The notes: generated by a model from the letters alone, not told the origin. 64,000 bases of DNA from Eledone cirrhosa (GCA_964016885.1 OZ024754.1:43214001-43278000), one strand, 5' to 3'; positions 14,905 through 28,449 are shown, counted from the stretch's first letter. Numbers and translations are program-made.

Positions 14905-15398
14905 AAATAATTGTTTCTACTATTGGCACAAGGCTAGCAATTATCCCAGTGAATTACTGGTACTTTATTTTATCGACCCCCGTAAGGATCAAAGGCAAAG
15001 TTAACTTCAGCGGATTTGAACTCAGAATGTAAAGGGCCATAACACTATGCTGCAAGATTGGGTAGAGTATATACTATACTAATAATATTTCTACTTTACA
15101 GGAAGGCCATCAATTATCCCAGTTCATCACTGGTACTTTATTTATCGACTCCGTAAGGATGAAAGGCAAAGTTAAACTCGGCGGGATTTGAACTCAGACC
15201 GTAAAGGGCCGTGACTCTATGTTGCAAAGCATGTCGTCCGGCCCTCAACCAATACTGCCAATCCACTGCCCTTTATTTTATATAAGAAATTCTTTTTAAG
15301 CTTATTTTTTTATATCTGAACTTCATTTGAATATATAAAAATAACTCTTTGCTGTAAAGCAATGGCGTCCGGCGCTCTACCGATATTGCCAATCCATT
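14905..15398 (-). mobile_element. Cluster of three co-oriented SINE-A copies or fragments
   Basis: Matches at ~14905-15056, ~15082-15272 (near full length) and ~15350-15398 (head). Confidence 0.85.
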
Positions 15399-15787
15399 TA
15401 ATAATAATAAGTACTCTCATATCACAATACATAATTTCATAATAGATAATCGGCACTCGATTAATCGGTATCGGCCGACAAGGTGATCTGATTAATCAGT
15501 AATCATTAATCGCTCAATTTATATATATATACATATATATATATATAAACCGACAGAGAGAGCCGGATATATTCATATATCATGTGCCGTAATTGGAGCT
15601 GGTATCTCCATTGCTCCGTATAACCAATGTCAATATTTAATGACATCAGATGTGAAGTGAGTGATAAGATGTACAGTTAATGGATCTAATACACCGACAT
15701 ATAACACGACCACCTGTAGACATATACGTCTGTATGTGTGTCTATATATTTATATATGCGTTTGTCTATATGCATGTAGATATGCGT

Positions 15788-15865
<78 letters not shown>

Positions 15866-15915
15866 ATGTATATATATGTCTGTCTGTGTGTCTATGTATT
15901 TATATATATGTATGT

Positions 15916-15957
<42 letters not shown>

Positions 15958-16172
15958 TATATAGATATATATATATATCATGCAAGCATGGAAAAATGGA
16001 CGCTAAACGATGTTGATCATGATGATGATGATGATATATTATAATATATATGTGTGGGTGTGTTTGTGTTTGTGTGAGTCTGTGTGCGCGTGTGTGTTTA
16101 TTCCTATATATATATATATGTGGATTGATATGTGTGTGTATGTGTGTGTATATGTATGTGTGTGTGTATGTA

Positions 16173-16207
<35 letters not shown>

Positions 16208-16315
16208 GAGGTCATAGCCATTCAATGGAAATATATATAGCAGTAAATAAAGGATTATGAGTTCATGCAATTGACTTATGTTTCGTCACTAAATATATAT
16301 ATATATATATATATA

Positions 16316-16508
16316 TAGGAACCAGTAAGACCCCGACAGCTGAGCTCAAGCCGTTTCGACGGCTAATTCTGGACAGAATTAGCCGTCGAAACGGCTTGAG
16401 CTCAGCTGTCGGGGTCTTACTGGTTCCTATTACCCACTCTACTACCCCAAGTATTGAGTACTTTGGTGCGTTATGGTCCACCTGGTTCCTTACCACATTT
16501 CCTTCGTT
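16316..16508 (+). mobile_element. Fold-back element family C (perfect 56-bp arms plus tail)
   Basis: Arms 16316-16371 / 16374-16429, tail 16430-16508 (TTACCCACTCTACTACCC...TTCCTTCGTT), (TA)n flanks; arms hold the hammerhead 3' half GAAACGGC...GCTGTC. Confidence 0.85.
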
Positions 16509-16933
16509 ATATATATATATATATATATAGATGCAAAATGGCCGAATAGTTAAGGGTTTTGCTTGGCAACCATTAGGTCCCGGTCAAATGACCACTCAGC
16601 TGGCAAAAGTGAGTTATACCCGATATTCAGAGGGTCAACCTTATCATACAATGACTGTCTCAAGTCATTGTATGATCGAAGATTCTGACAGGTCGATAGT
16701 TACCGAAGAAATATTGATTTGGTCAGTGAAGACACATTCAGCTCTAGCTAACAAGGAAAACGACCGTTAAACGGTTACATGTATGTATATATATATATAT
16801 GTGTGTGCGTATATATATATATGTATATATAGAGACATACGCATATATATATATGTATATGTATAAGTGCACACACTTATAGGTTCGGTTCGAATTTTAA
16901 TAATATGGACTTAAATAAGTTTCGTTCAATATG

Positions 16934-16969
<36 letters not shown>

Positions 16970-17003
16970 GTGTGTGTGTGGTGTGTATGCGAGTGAGTGT
17001 ATT

Positions 17004-17034
<31 letters not shown>

Positions 17035-17064
17035 TTATGTGTGTGGTGTGTATGTGAGTGAGTG

Positions 17065-17100
<36 letters not shown>

Positions 17101-17131
17101 TGTGTGTGTGTGGTGTGTATGTGAGTGAGTG

Positions 17132-17225
<94 letters not shown>

Positions 17226-18146
17226 TATGTATGTATGTATGAGTGTGTGTATGTACACACGCATGCGTATTACAAATGTAAACACTGACAAAATTAATTA
17301 CATCTAGTGCAGTGATTAAGGTAAGACACCAACACTATCAACAACAACATCATTACCGACAGGAAATATATTTGGATTAAGGGGAGACAAAAATAGCCAA
17401 ACAGACTAAACATCAACACGACACAGAGAAATAGTTGCAGGGAAGAGACGATGACACATGTGGCATTTAGAAAACATGTTGCTTTTCTTTTCTTATTATT
17501 TTTTTTATTTTAGATTGTTTTTTTTTTTAGGTTTTTTTTTTTGTTCATTTCATTTTTTTTTTTTTTAGTTTTTCTTTTCTTTTCTGAGAGAGCGAAAAAA
17601 GTTGTTTAATTGAGAGGAGAACAAGAAGGAGGTTTGAAATCATTCAGAGAGGGCGGGCAGGCTGGTGTGGTGAAGAAGAGTCATTCAAGGAGGAACGGAA
17701 TGAAAATAATAATAGCAATAATACTACTAATAGTAATAATAATAATAATGATAATAATAATAATAATAATAGAGAAAGACAGTGACAGGAAAAACAAACA
17801 ACAAACATCCGAGCAAACAAACAACATCGGAAAGTGACTGGAAGCTCTAGTCAGACATATTTTGTACATACGACTACAGAAGGATGATGTCAGCCAATAG
17901 ATGTTTATATAAGAGAGAGGTAGAGATATAGAGAGAGAGGGGGGAGAGAGAGAGAGAGCGAGAGAGAGTGAAAGAGTGAAAGAGATCTGTTTATATATAT
18001 GTATATATGTATATATATACATATACATATATATACATACATATATATATATATATATATAAACACACATATATTTATATGTGAATGTATATATATATAT
18101 ACATTTATATATGTATATATATGCATGAATATACATACACACACAG

Positions 18147-18178
<32 letters not shown>

Positions 18179-18192
18179 GCATGTATATACAT

Positions 18193-18231
<39 letters not shown>

Positions 18232-18238
18232 TACAGAA

Positions 18239-18309
<71 letters not shown>

Positions 18310-18700
18310 GAGAGGAGCTGTAGTCTAAGAGTATATAGTATATCGTAAGAATATACTGAGAGAATATAAGAAAAGAGAGAGAAGTGATAGTGGGAGAGAT
18401 GTTCGACGGTTGATGGGAGAAGATGATATTAATAAGAGGAACTTACTCTAAGTAACCAGGGCTGGAGCACAGTTGTCCGGATGAACCATCATCGCATCGA
18501 CTGGAGAGAGTGTAAATGATGTAATATATATGGATATCATTATAATACTTAGAAAGGTGGAACTGGTCTATTATACATGGGCATGCAACATATATATGTA
18601 TGTATGTATATATTTATATATATATATATATGTATGTATGTATATATTTATATATATATATATAAAGAAATAATATCTATGTGGGTATAGATATAGAAAA

Positions 18701-18748
<48 letters not shown>

Positions 18749-18785
18749 ATATATATATATAATATATATATATAATATATATATA

Positions 18786-18950
18786 TAATAAAAATAACAA
18801 CGAAGAACAAAATCCAATGGGGGTTCGATAAGGTTTGTATATATATAAATATAATAAAAAAAAGTATATATAAACCGGTAGAACAAATATTTATAAGTAC
18901 AGAAAAAAATGTAAGCAAAGAATCGTTGCTTTCACCCTATTACGTATGTA
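18786..18950 (-). mobile_element. Fold-back family D, diverged copy
   Basis: AAAATCCAATGGGGGTTCGA tail and AAGCAAAGAATCGTTGCTTTCACCC (antisense of the stem III segment at ~32137-32162) match 32040-32188. Confidence 0.6.
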
Positions 18951-19183
18951 GGAGTGAATTTCATTTGCTTCTATTATACAAAACTGCCTCAATTTATTAA
19001 ATGACAATAAAATATAATGGAATAAGTTGGGTAAAATTTCCTTGGAAATTTATAATAAATTGAAGTGAAAAGCAACAGGTGCGTGTGTTTCTATTGGCAG
19101 CATGACCCTCTCAAAGTATAACACTATTTCTTTCAACACACGTTTTCAGATTAGAAATCTTGCAAAACAAATATATATATGTA

Positions 19184-19217
<34 letters not shown>

Positions 19218-19228
19218 CATTCATACAT

Positions 19229-19300
<72 letters not shown>

Positions 19301-19328
19301 ATGTGTGTGTGTTGTGTGTGTGTATGGT

Positions 19329-19424
<96 letters not shown>

Positions 19425-20088
19425 TTGAGAGATCGTCATTTCTTTCAAATATATTTTATTGAAATCACCACAATCGATCTTTTTATAAAATATTTTGCTA
19501 TTTATTTATTGGATCTTTTAGCTTAGTTCCGATCAATAGCCTTCATATATTCATATGTGTATCACAGTTTCAAATCCTTCACATCTCATTCTTCAGAATC
19601 AGAACGGTCACAATAGTGGCTCATTGATCACGTGCTTAATAATAGTCACAGAGAATCATGAAGGGGTTCTATGAGATCATAGACACCCGATTATATAATT
19701 TCTGAATGGTTGGAGGATTTCAGTTATAATTGTTCTCGCATGAGCTATAATTCTGTGTTAATTTTTGGTTTATATTCTAAAAACACGCAACCTCAGATTG
19801 GTAAACCGCAGAATGTACTGCGAATGGTGATAGCAATAATTACATTTCAATGCACACATGAACTTTGTGAAGTTCATGACCAAAGTGGTTATGTTGGTCA
19901 CACAACCATTACACTTTCCGGTTGGTTAACCATGAGTGAGAAAATATCACAACAGGTTTCCATACAGTAGGGTAGGAATATATTAGGCGATAATACCACA
20001 ATTCTATAGAGAATTCAACACAAAACAAAGTATAGAGGCTCTATTAATATAAAAAATATATAAACTAAAAATTAACACACCAATACAA

Positions 20089-20302
20089 TGGATTAGCAGT
20101 GTCGGTAGAACGTCGGACACCATGCTTTGCAGCATAGAATTGCGTCCCTTTACCGTCTGAGTTAAAATTCCGCCAAGGTTAGCTTTGCCTTTCATCCTTA
20201 CAAGATCGACAAAATAAAGTACCAGTAATGTACTGAGGTAAATTTAATCGACTTTCCCCTCCCGCCAAATTGTTGGCCTTGTGCCTAAAGTAGAAAACTA
20301 TT
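20089..20302 (+). mobile_element. SINE-A, near full length
   Basis: GGATTAGCAGTGTCGGTAGAA head through GGCCTTGTGCCTAAAGTAGAAAACTATT tail. Confidence 0.85.
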
Positions 20303-20550
20303 AAAATAGTCGCCATGTTTTCAACCGTAGACATTTTAAATTCAGCCATTTCTGATTTTCTACAACTCCCATGATCCTCTCTAACAATTATTAACCACGT
20401 GACCATTACATCATTAGTAGAATCTCCTGGATTCTGAATATAATGGAACAGTGAAGGCTTTGTAATGTTAATACGTACATGGATATAGGAACTACATAAA
20501 CTAAGTATAAAAATATAAGGTATCTGAAGAATCCTGGATATAAATGACCA

Positions 20551-20612
<62 letters not shown>

Positions 20613-20613
<1 letters not shown>

Positions 20614-20726
20614 ACGAAGGAAATGTGGTAAGGAACCAGATGGACCATAACGCACCAAAGTAAAAGGATTTTAGTCCAGAATTAGCCGTAGAAACGATTT
20701 GAGCTCAGCCGTCGGGGTCCTACTCG

Positions 20727-20730
<4 letters not shown>
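20613..20730 (-). mobile_element. Family C, internally deleted copy
   Basis: Reverse tail AACGAAGGAAATGTGGTAAGGAACC joined to one arm CAGAATTAGCCGTAGAAAC...GTCGGGGTCCTACTCGTTC, in (TA)n. Confidence 0.8.
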
Positions 20731-20767
<37 letters not shown>

Positions 20768-21027
20768 CGCAAATTGATCGTTTTTTTTTTCTTGGCCTTT
20801 ATTCTAATATAATCTTTCTCGCTAAATCCGTCTGTAATAGAAGCATTTACACTTCACTCGGAGTAAATACCCAGACACCAGCGCCACTTTAACCACACCA
20901 CCACCACCACTTTAACCACACCACCACCACCACCACCACCACCACCAATCAGAACAAATGGCTAGGATTTCTTCGTTGTTATTGTTGTTATAGTTGTAGT
21001 GATGTCTATTAACCAAAACACACACAT

Positions 21028-21058
<31 letters not shown>

Positions 21059-21706
21059 ACATACACACACAGACACACACCTCTGCTAGTTCTTCATTTT
21101 GTTGTGTCTAGCTTCCATATAAACCTACCAGCTGGCTGTGTGTGTATGTGTATGTATGCATGTGTATGTATATGTATGTATGTGTATGCGTATGTGTATA
21201 TATGTGTATCCATATGTGTATGTATGTGTATTTGTATCTGTATATATGTGTATGTATGTGTATGTATGTGTATATATCTGTATATATGTGTATGTATATA
21301 TATATGTATGTGTATGTGTGTGTATGTGTGTGTATGTGTATGTGTGTGTGTATTTATGTGAGAGACAGTGTGTGTGTGTGAGTCTGTTTATATGAGAGAG
21401 AGTATGTAAGTATTTATGTGGGAGTGTGTATGTGTGAATGTGTTTATGTGAGAGACAGTGTATGTATGTGTACATGAAATGGGGGCCCCTTATCAACCCC
21501 ACTCTGCATTATCACTGACCCAGTAAGTCGAAATCATAACATTGTTTTAGTTTCTCTACTTATCCAGAATTATCTGGAAACAAGATGGCGGAATATGTTC
21601 AAACATCATTTCCTCGTTCTTTATTGCCAGATGAACTGACCAAGCTAAAACTTCGAAGTTACTGACAGATTTTTCTGCTCATGAAATGGGGATATATTTT
21701 GCTATT

Positions 21707-21791
<85 letters not shown>

Positions 21792-21821
21792 AAATAAACA
21801 CGGAAAAGGTCGATAGTGTAA

Positions 21822-22412
21822 AATGAAGCAAGCATGCTCCGTTGGATGTGCAGTGTCAAGGTGTGTGAACAACCAAGAATAGATGAGTTGAGAGAGAAAC
21901 TGTGTATAAGAGGCATAAGATTTAGTGTGCAGGAGAGAAGAATGCGATTGTACGGACATGTTATGTGCATGGAGGATGACCGCTGGGTAAAGAAGTGCCA
22001 AGAAATGCCAGTAGAAGGAAGACGCAGTAGAGGGAGACCACGAAAAACATGGGCAGAGGTGGTGAGACCAGACCTCAGATCGCTGAAGCTCACGGTGGAG
22101 ATGACGAAGGACCGTGACAAGTGGACGAAGGACCGTGACCCGCCCCACCCTTGTGTGTGTGTGTGTGTGTGTGTGTGTGAGACAGCTCACACCTATGCAG
22201 GTTTAGCTGGCCTCCTCCAAGGTATATCTCGTTGGGGGTGTCTTGGGTAATTTAATGATAAGGATCCCAGTCCTATCATCTCGTTTCTACAGCTGAGTAA
22301 ACTGGAGCAACGTGAAATAAAGTGTCGTCCCACCCTTGCAATCAGGGAAAAGCGGACGTAAAATGATAATGATGATGATGATGATGATGATGATGACGAT
22401 GATGATGATGAT
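21822..22412 (+). mobile_element. RTE-clade LINE 3' fragment (ORF C-terminus plus 3' tail), interrupted by a SINE
   Basis: NEASMLRWMCSV...ERRMRLYGHVMCM...VEGRRSRGRPRKTWAEVV is a typical RTE C-terminal motif set; tail GAAAAGCGGACGTAAAATGAT(GAT)n resumes at 22326. Confidence 0.85.
22154..22325 (-). mobile_element. CORE-type SINE, 5'-truncated, nested in the RTE 3' UTR
   Basis: Reverse match to ~55948-56125; flanked by direct repeats CGCCCCACCCTTG (22141-53) / CGTCCCACCCTTG (22326-38); (CA)n tail. Confidence 0.85.
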
Positions 22413-22749
22413 ATACGTCATGTCGGAACACAGAGGAACCAAATTCCCACTGTCATCGCCTCCGTCTACTCAGAAAATATAATTTACGCTTTACTTACAC
22501 GTATTGAATGCTCATTTAGTCAATGTTTGAATGTTTTATGTAGAACGCCATTTTAAAAAGCTCTTCTAATGTACTTCGCTCCTCCCACGAGAAGACTTAC
22601 AATGTATATTGATCTACTACATACAGTTGTTGTTTCCAGTGATACAGCGCTCAACAAACACTCTAATAAAACCTTCGCTATTTACTACTTTGCTGCTAAC
22701 ACCCGCACCTCGTCCGCTCATCAGAACATACTTCATTAAGTTATCACCC

Positions 22750-22935
22750 TTTATGGGCAGTATCGGTAGAGTGTCGGACACCATGCTTTGCAGCATAGAA
22801 TATTGGCCTTTTACGGTCTGAGTTCAAATCCCGCCGAGGTTAACTTTGCCTTTCATCCTTACGGGGTCGATAAAATAAAGTACCAGTAATACACTGGAGT
22901 AATTACTGGCCTTGTGCCTAAAATAGAAACAATTA
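22750..22935 (+). mobile_element. SINE-A with 15-bp TSD
   Basis: TSD ATTAAGTTATCACCC at 22735-22749 and 22932-22946; A-box-like GGCAGTATCGG, B box GAGTTCAAATC. Confidence 0.9.
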
Positions 22936-22977
22936 AGTTATCACCCCTTTCTTTTAAAAGTTCGTTATCAATAATAT

Positions 22978-23434
22978 CACCGCCACCGCCACCGCCACCG
23001 CCGCCACCACACCATCACCGCCACCGCCACCGCCGCCACCATCACCGCCACCACACCAGCACCATCACCACCACCACCACCGCCACCGCCGCCACCACAC
23101 CAGCACCATCACCGCCACCACACCAGCACCATCACCACCACCACCACCGCCACCGCCGCCACCACACCAGCACCATCACCGCCACCACACCAGCACCATC
23201 ACCACCACCACCACCGCCACCGCCGCCACCACACCAGCACCATCACCGCCACCACACCAGCACCATCACCACCACCACCACCGCCACCGCCGCCACCACA
23301 CCAGCACCATCACCGCCACCAGCACCATCACCATCACCACCACCACCAGAACAACTACTACTATTATTAATTACCATGCGTTTAGCAATTAATCCCAACA
23401 CCACTACTGCCACTAGTAGTAGTAGTAGTAGTAT

Positions 23435-23490
<56 letters not shown>
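22978..23490. repeat. (CCG/CAC)n compound repeat followed by (TAG)n
   Basis: Reiterated CGCCACCACACCAGCACCATCAC units. Confidence 0.9.
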
Positions 23491-23579
23491 ATAGCGTTAA
23501 CGAAAACATTGTGCTTTTGGATGTCTACCTTAAAGAACGTATTTTCATGTGTGTATGTGTGTGTGTGTATATATATACG

Positions 23580-23611
<32 letters not shown>

Positions 23612-23682
23612 CATACATATATATATATACATATATATATATACACACATATATATATACATATTTATATATATATATGTAT

Positions 23683-23766
<84 letters not shown>

Positions 23767-24152
23767 TTGTGTAATATGTACAATGTAACATATATCACAT
23801 ATACAGTGTACTATATAACATATCACATATGTAATGTAGTATATTTAACATGTAACATGTTAATATGTAACATATCTATAATATGTAATAATATGTAAAC
23901 TAAATATGTAAGGTTATATATTTTACTATGTATTGTGATGTTAATGGCACCAATATCTTATTCCATTCACACCCACCGCTCCTCCCCCCAATCGTTTCCT
24001 TCGTCAGATCACATGATCAGCTTCCTTATTTACTTTCGCTTTATAACACTGTTATACATATTTCATGTGATATCATATTTATCTGTCTAAGACCCTTGAG
24101 GTCGATAAATGAAATTATTGTGATTATTTCAAGCAAACAGACCATTATTATT

Positions 24153-24845
24153 GGTGGATTGGCACTATCGGTAGAGGGTCGGACGCCATGCTTTGCAGCA
24201 TAGAGTTACGGCCCTTTATGGTATGAGTTCAAATCCCGCCGAGGTTAACTTTGCCGTTCATCCTTACGGGGTCGATAAAATAAAGTACCAGTAATGTACT
24301 AGGTAATTTGCTGGCCTTGTTTCAAAATTAGAAACAATTATTATTGTAACGTCCTGTACTGTTCTGTGCCGTCTCTAATGTTTTCCTTCGTGTCAGCCCT
24401 TGTGGCCAATAAACAAAGGATTGGCAGTATCGGTAGAGGGTCGAACGCCATGCTTTCCAGCATAGTTACGTCCCTTTATGATCTGAGTTCAAATCCCGCC
24501 GAGGTTAACTTTGCCTTTCATCCTTACGGGGTCGATAAAATAAAGTACCAGTAATATACTGGGTAATTGCTGGCCTTGTGCCAATTGTAGAAACAATTAT
24601 TATTATCCGTGGTCTTTTGTGTGGTTTTCGCCACGAGTAACCCTCGGAGGTTTCCCCCCCTATTGGGGAATTTTTCGTTGTTTCAATTTTCATTTTATTG
24701 TTTATATATATATATATGTTTTATGTCTTTTTTTCTTTTCTTAGATAAATAATAAAAATATTTACACGCACAAAACCCACATCGTAGCGTCCTGTTCCGT
24801 CTGTGATGTTTTTCTTGATGTCAGCCCTTGTGGCCAATAAAGAAA

Positions 24846-24895
<50 letters not shown>

Positions 24896-24910
24896 GTTAT
24901 TATTATTATT
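24153..24910 (+). mobile_element. Head-to-tail array: SINE-A / LINE 3' tip (family H) / SINE-A / LINE 3' UTR (family H) plus (ATT)n
   Basis: SINE-A at ~24153-24345 and ~24417-24605; GTCAGCCCTTGTGGCCAATAAA ends at ~24412 and ~24841, the latter followed by (ATT)n. Confidence 0.8.
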
Positions 24911-25288
24911 ATTGTTACCAGACTAAAAATATTACTAATTAACATCTTATGACAAGAACAAGATTACCTCACTTGTTTCAGTCACACTTTGGCAATACAC
25001 CGTGTGTTTTCATAATGATTATAAAACCAGCTGTATACCTAGATGGTTAGCTGTCAGTGTATATATATATATATATATGTATATATATGTATACATACTG
25101 AGAGATGGTTATGGCTGTATATATGTATGTGTGTATAATGTATACATCAACAAAAACACTTAAGGCTGCTATAACCGCTAGTAAGAAGAATGACATTAAC
25201 AGCAATATATATATATACACATACATATATACATACATACTGACACACGCACACACACACATATATATATACATGTGGTATATGTATT

Positions 25289-25334
<46 letters not shown>

Positions 25335-25628
25335 ATAAAGTGAAATGACAGGAGGCCAAATATATATATATATGAAATTATATATACACTGTCATATATA
25401 CATACCCAACACATGTATGTATGTATGTATGTATGTATGTATGTATGTATGTATGTATGTATAAAAGTAGTTCTCTACGTAGTAATATAAAAAGGCGGAG
25501 AAACAGGAACTATTTACATGACCCCCGAATATAACACAATCCACGTGAATAACCTTTCTATCTTTACCTGTATAAACTGATATACCTATATATATATATA
25601 TATATACCTATATATATATATATATATA

Positions 25629-25857
<229 letters not shown>

Positions 25858-25971
25858 AAAAGCTTCTACAGGACTAGAACTGTTTCATTCGTGAGAAATC
25901 ATCATTGAGTACCTTACTTACTCTGGTTACCCCCGATTCAACCCGGAATAACTTATATATATATATATATA

Positions 25972-26119
25972 TAGGAAAATGTTCAAGACCCCGACAGCAG
26001 AGCTCCAGCCGTTTCGACGGCTATTTCTTGAACATTTTCCTATTACCCACTTTACTACCCTAAGTATTGAGTACTCTGGTGCGTTATGGTCCACCTGGTT
26101 TCTTACCACACTTCCTTCG

Positions 26120-26121
<2 letters not shown>
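25972..26121 (+). mobile_element. Family C copy with 17-bp arms
   Basis: TAGGAAAATGTTCAAGA / TCTTGAACATTTTCCTA inverted pair, family C tail, (TA)n flanks. Confidence 0.85.
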
Positions 26122-26158
<37 letters not shown>

Positions 26159-26159
26159 G

Positions 26160-26196
<37 letters not shown>

Positions 26197-26200
<4 letters not shown>

Positions 26201-26249
26201 TAGTAATAATAATAAATTTCAAGACTTTAAACTTTAATCTGTTATTTTA

Positions 26250-26327
<78 letters not shown>

Positions 26328-26368
26328 ATAATAATAAATTTGAAGACTAAAATCCAAAGAGGGCTCGA
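26197..26368 (-). mobile_element. Two family D fragments in (TA)n
   Basis: TAGTAATAATAATAAATTTGAAGACTAAAATCCAAAGAGGGCTC and AAACTTTAATCTGTTATTTTAATAAATA match the two ends of 32040-32188. Confidence 0.75.
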
Positions 26369-26465
26369 TATATATATATATATATGCGTGTGTGTATATA
26401 TATATATATATGTGAGAAATATATATATATGTGAGAAAAACCACAGACCCTCCATCTCAACTCTA

Positions 26466-26501
26466 CTTTTGAAAAGCAGAAGAACTGCGAAACCGGTAAA
26501 G
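26466..26501 (+). ncRNA. Degenerate minimal (Penelope-type) hammerhead ribozyme
   Basis: CTT-TTGAAAA-GCAG(aagaa)CTGC-GAAA-CCGG-TA-AAG: perfect stem II, palindromic ACCGGT stem III, GUA site; core differs from CUGAAGA at two positions. Confidence 0.6.
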
Positions 26502-26949
26502 GAACCAAATAAATAAATATATATTTTTTTAAATAAGACTCCAGTTGCATTTTCGATTTCATCTTTTTTTCTTTATACTTTCACTCGTGTAGGACACCTC
26601 GGTTATTTTTCATTTTGTAAATAAACCTCACTTTCTAGTATATATATATATATATATACATATTTGTATAATATACGCATCTGTGCATACGAGTGTCTAA
26701 TATGTTTTTAAGATTTACTTTTGTAAACCTATGCTTCGGTTCATATATTCGAAATATATAACTTAGCTTTATTCAATTGAAGAAAGTTGGTTGATAAAAA
26801 ATTAACTTTTCCTTAAACAGACATAAAGCACTCTACGGTTGTGTTCTTTAGGATTTTCTCCGTAAGTTATCGTCCTGAGTTTTAGTATAATAAATAAGAG
26901 AGACGGTTTTATTCGTACAACGAACTAGATAATATAACTAGATTATATA

Positions 26950-27153
26950 GGAACAAGGCCAGCAATTTTGGGGGAGTGGAAAGTCGATTAAATCGACCCC
27001 AGTGCGTGACTGGTACTTTATTTTATCGACCCCGTAAGGATGAAAAGCAAAGTTAACCTCGGCGGGGTTTCAACTCAGGCCGTATAGGGTCGTAATTCTG
27101 TGCTGAAAAGCATGGCGTCCGACCCTCTACCGATACTGCCAATCCTCCGCCCT
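26950..27153 (-). mobile_element. SINE-A, full length
   Basis: Complete reverse match; AACTAGATAAT repeated at 26923 and 27158. Confidence 0.9.
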
Positions 27154-27276
27154 AACAAACTAGATAATAAAATGAAAATGTACGAATAAAACCGTCTCTC
27201 TTTTATTTGTTATTATTACTTAGTTTTATATACTTAATCCTAATCAGAGATAGATAAAATAAGTACTTATGTGGAA

Positions 27277-27386
27277 TAAATACTAATGTTGATATAAATA
27301 CTAATGTTGATATAAATACTAATGTTGATATAAATACTAATGTTGATAGAAATACTAATGTTGATATAAATACTAATGTTGATATA
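27277..27386. repeat. 18-bp tandem repeat x6
   Basis: TAAATACTAATGTTGATA units. Confidence 0.92.
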
Positions 27387-27732
27387 ATCGACAAAAAACC
27401 CTGTTTGTGTCCAGTCTACGGTCGTTGTCCAATGAGTGAAACCAGGAAAAGAACGAATATTGGATTAAAACCGAGAAAACACAAACAGCCAACCAACCAG
27501 CGGAAAGAGGATTTATTAAAGCGATTTACTATTGGTGTATTGAATCAATGGAGCATAGATAGACCTGCCTTCTGCGGTGGTTTCAACCATTGTCAATGTG
27601 AAGCCATTGTTTGACTACCAACAATGTTAAGCTTATACAGACTAACTTGCAATGGAAGAAGTGAAACAAAGATATTTTTGTTTTTTTACGATACAACAAT
27701 AGAATCATGTCGTATTAACTAAACGGTGTGGC

Positions 27733-27808
<76 letters not shown>

Positions 27809-27858
27809 TATGTATATATATATATATAAATATATGTATATATATATATATATAAAAA

Positions 27859-27896
<38 letters not shown>

Positions 27897-27901
27897 TAAA
27901 A

Positions 27902-27946
<45 letters not shown>

Positions 27947-27955
27947 GTATATATA

Positions 27956-27996
<41 letters not shown>

Positions 27997-28001
27997 CTCT
28001 A

Positions 28002-28040
<39 letters not shown>

Positions 28041-28044
28041 CAAT

Positions 28045-28432
28045 AATAATTGTTTCTACTTTTGGCACAAGGCCAGCAATTATCCCAGTGTATTACTGGT
28101 ACTTTATTTAATCGACCCCCGTAAGGATGAAAGGCAAAGTTAACCTCGACAGGATGGGAACTCAGAACGTAAAGGACCATAACTCTATTCTGTAAAGTAT
28201 GGTGTCTGACACCCTACCGATACTGCCCGATAATAATTGTTTCTACTTTAGGCACAAGGCCAGCAATTATCCCAGTGTATTACTGGTACTTTATTTTATC
28301 TACCCCGTAAGGATGAAAGGCAAAGTCAACCTCGGCGGGATTTGAACTCAGATCGTAAAGGGACGTAACTATGCTGGAAAGCATGGCGTCCGACCCTCTA
28401 CCGATACTGCCAATCCACTGCCCGATAATAAT
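28045..28432 (-). mobile_element. Tandem pair of SINE-A copies
   Basis: ~28045-28228 and ~28232-28425, head-to-tail. Confidence 0.9.
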
Positions 28433-28449
28433 AACAGGTCATGTGAGTT

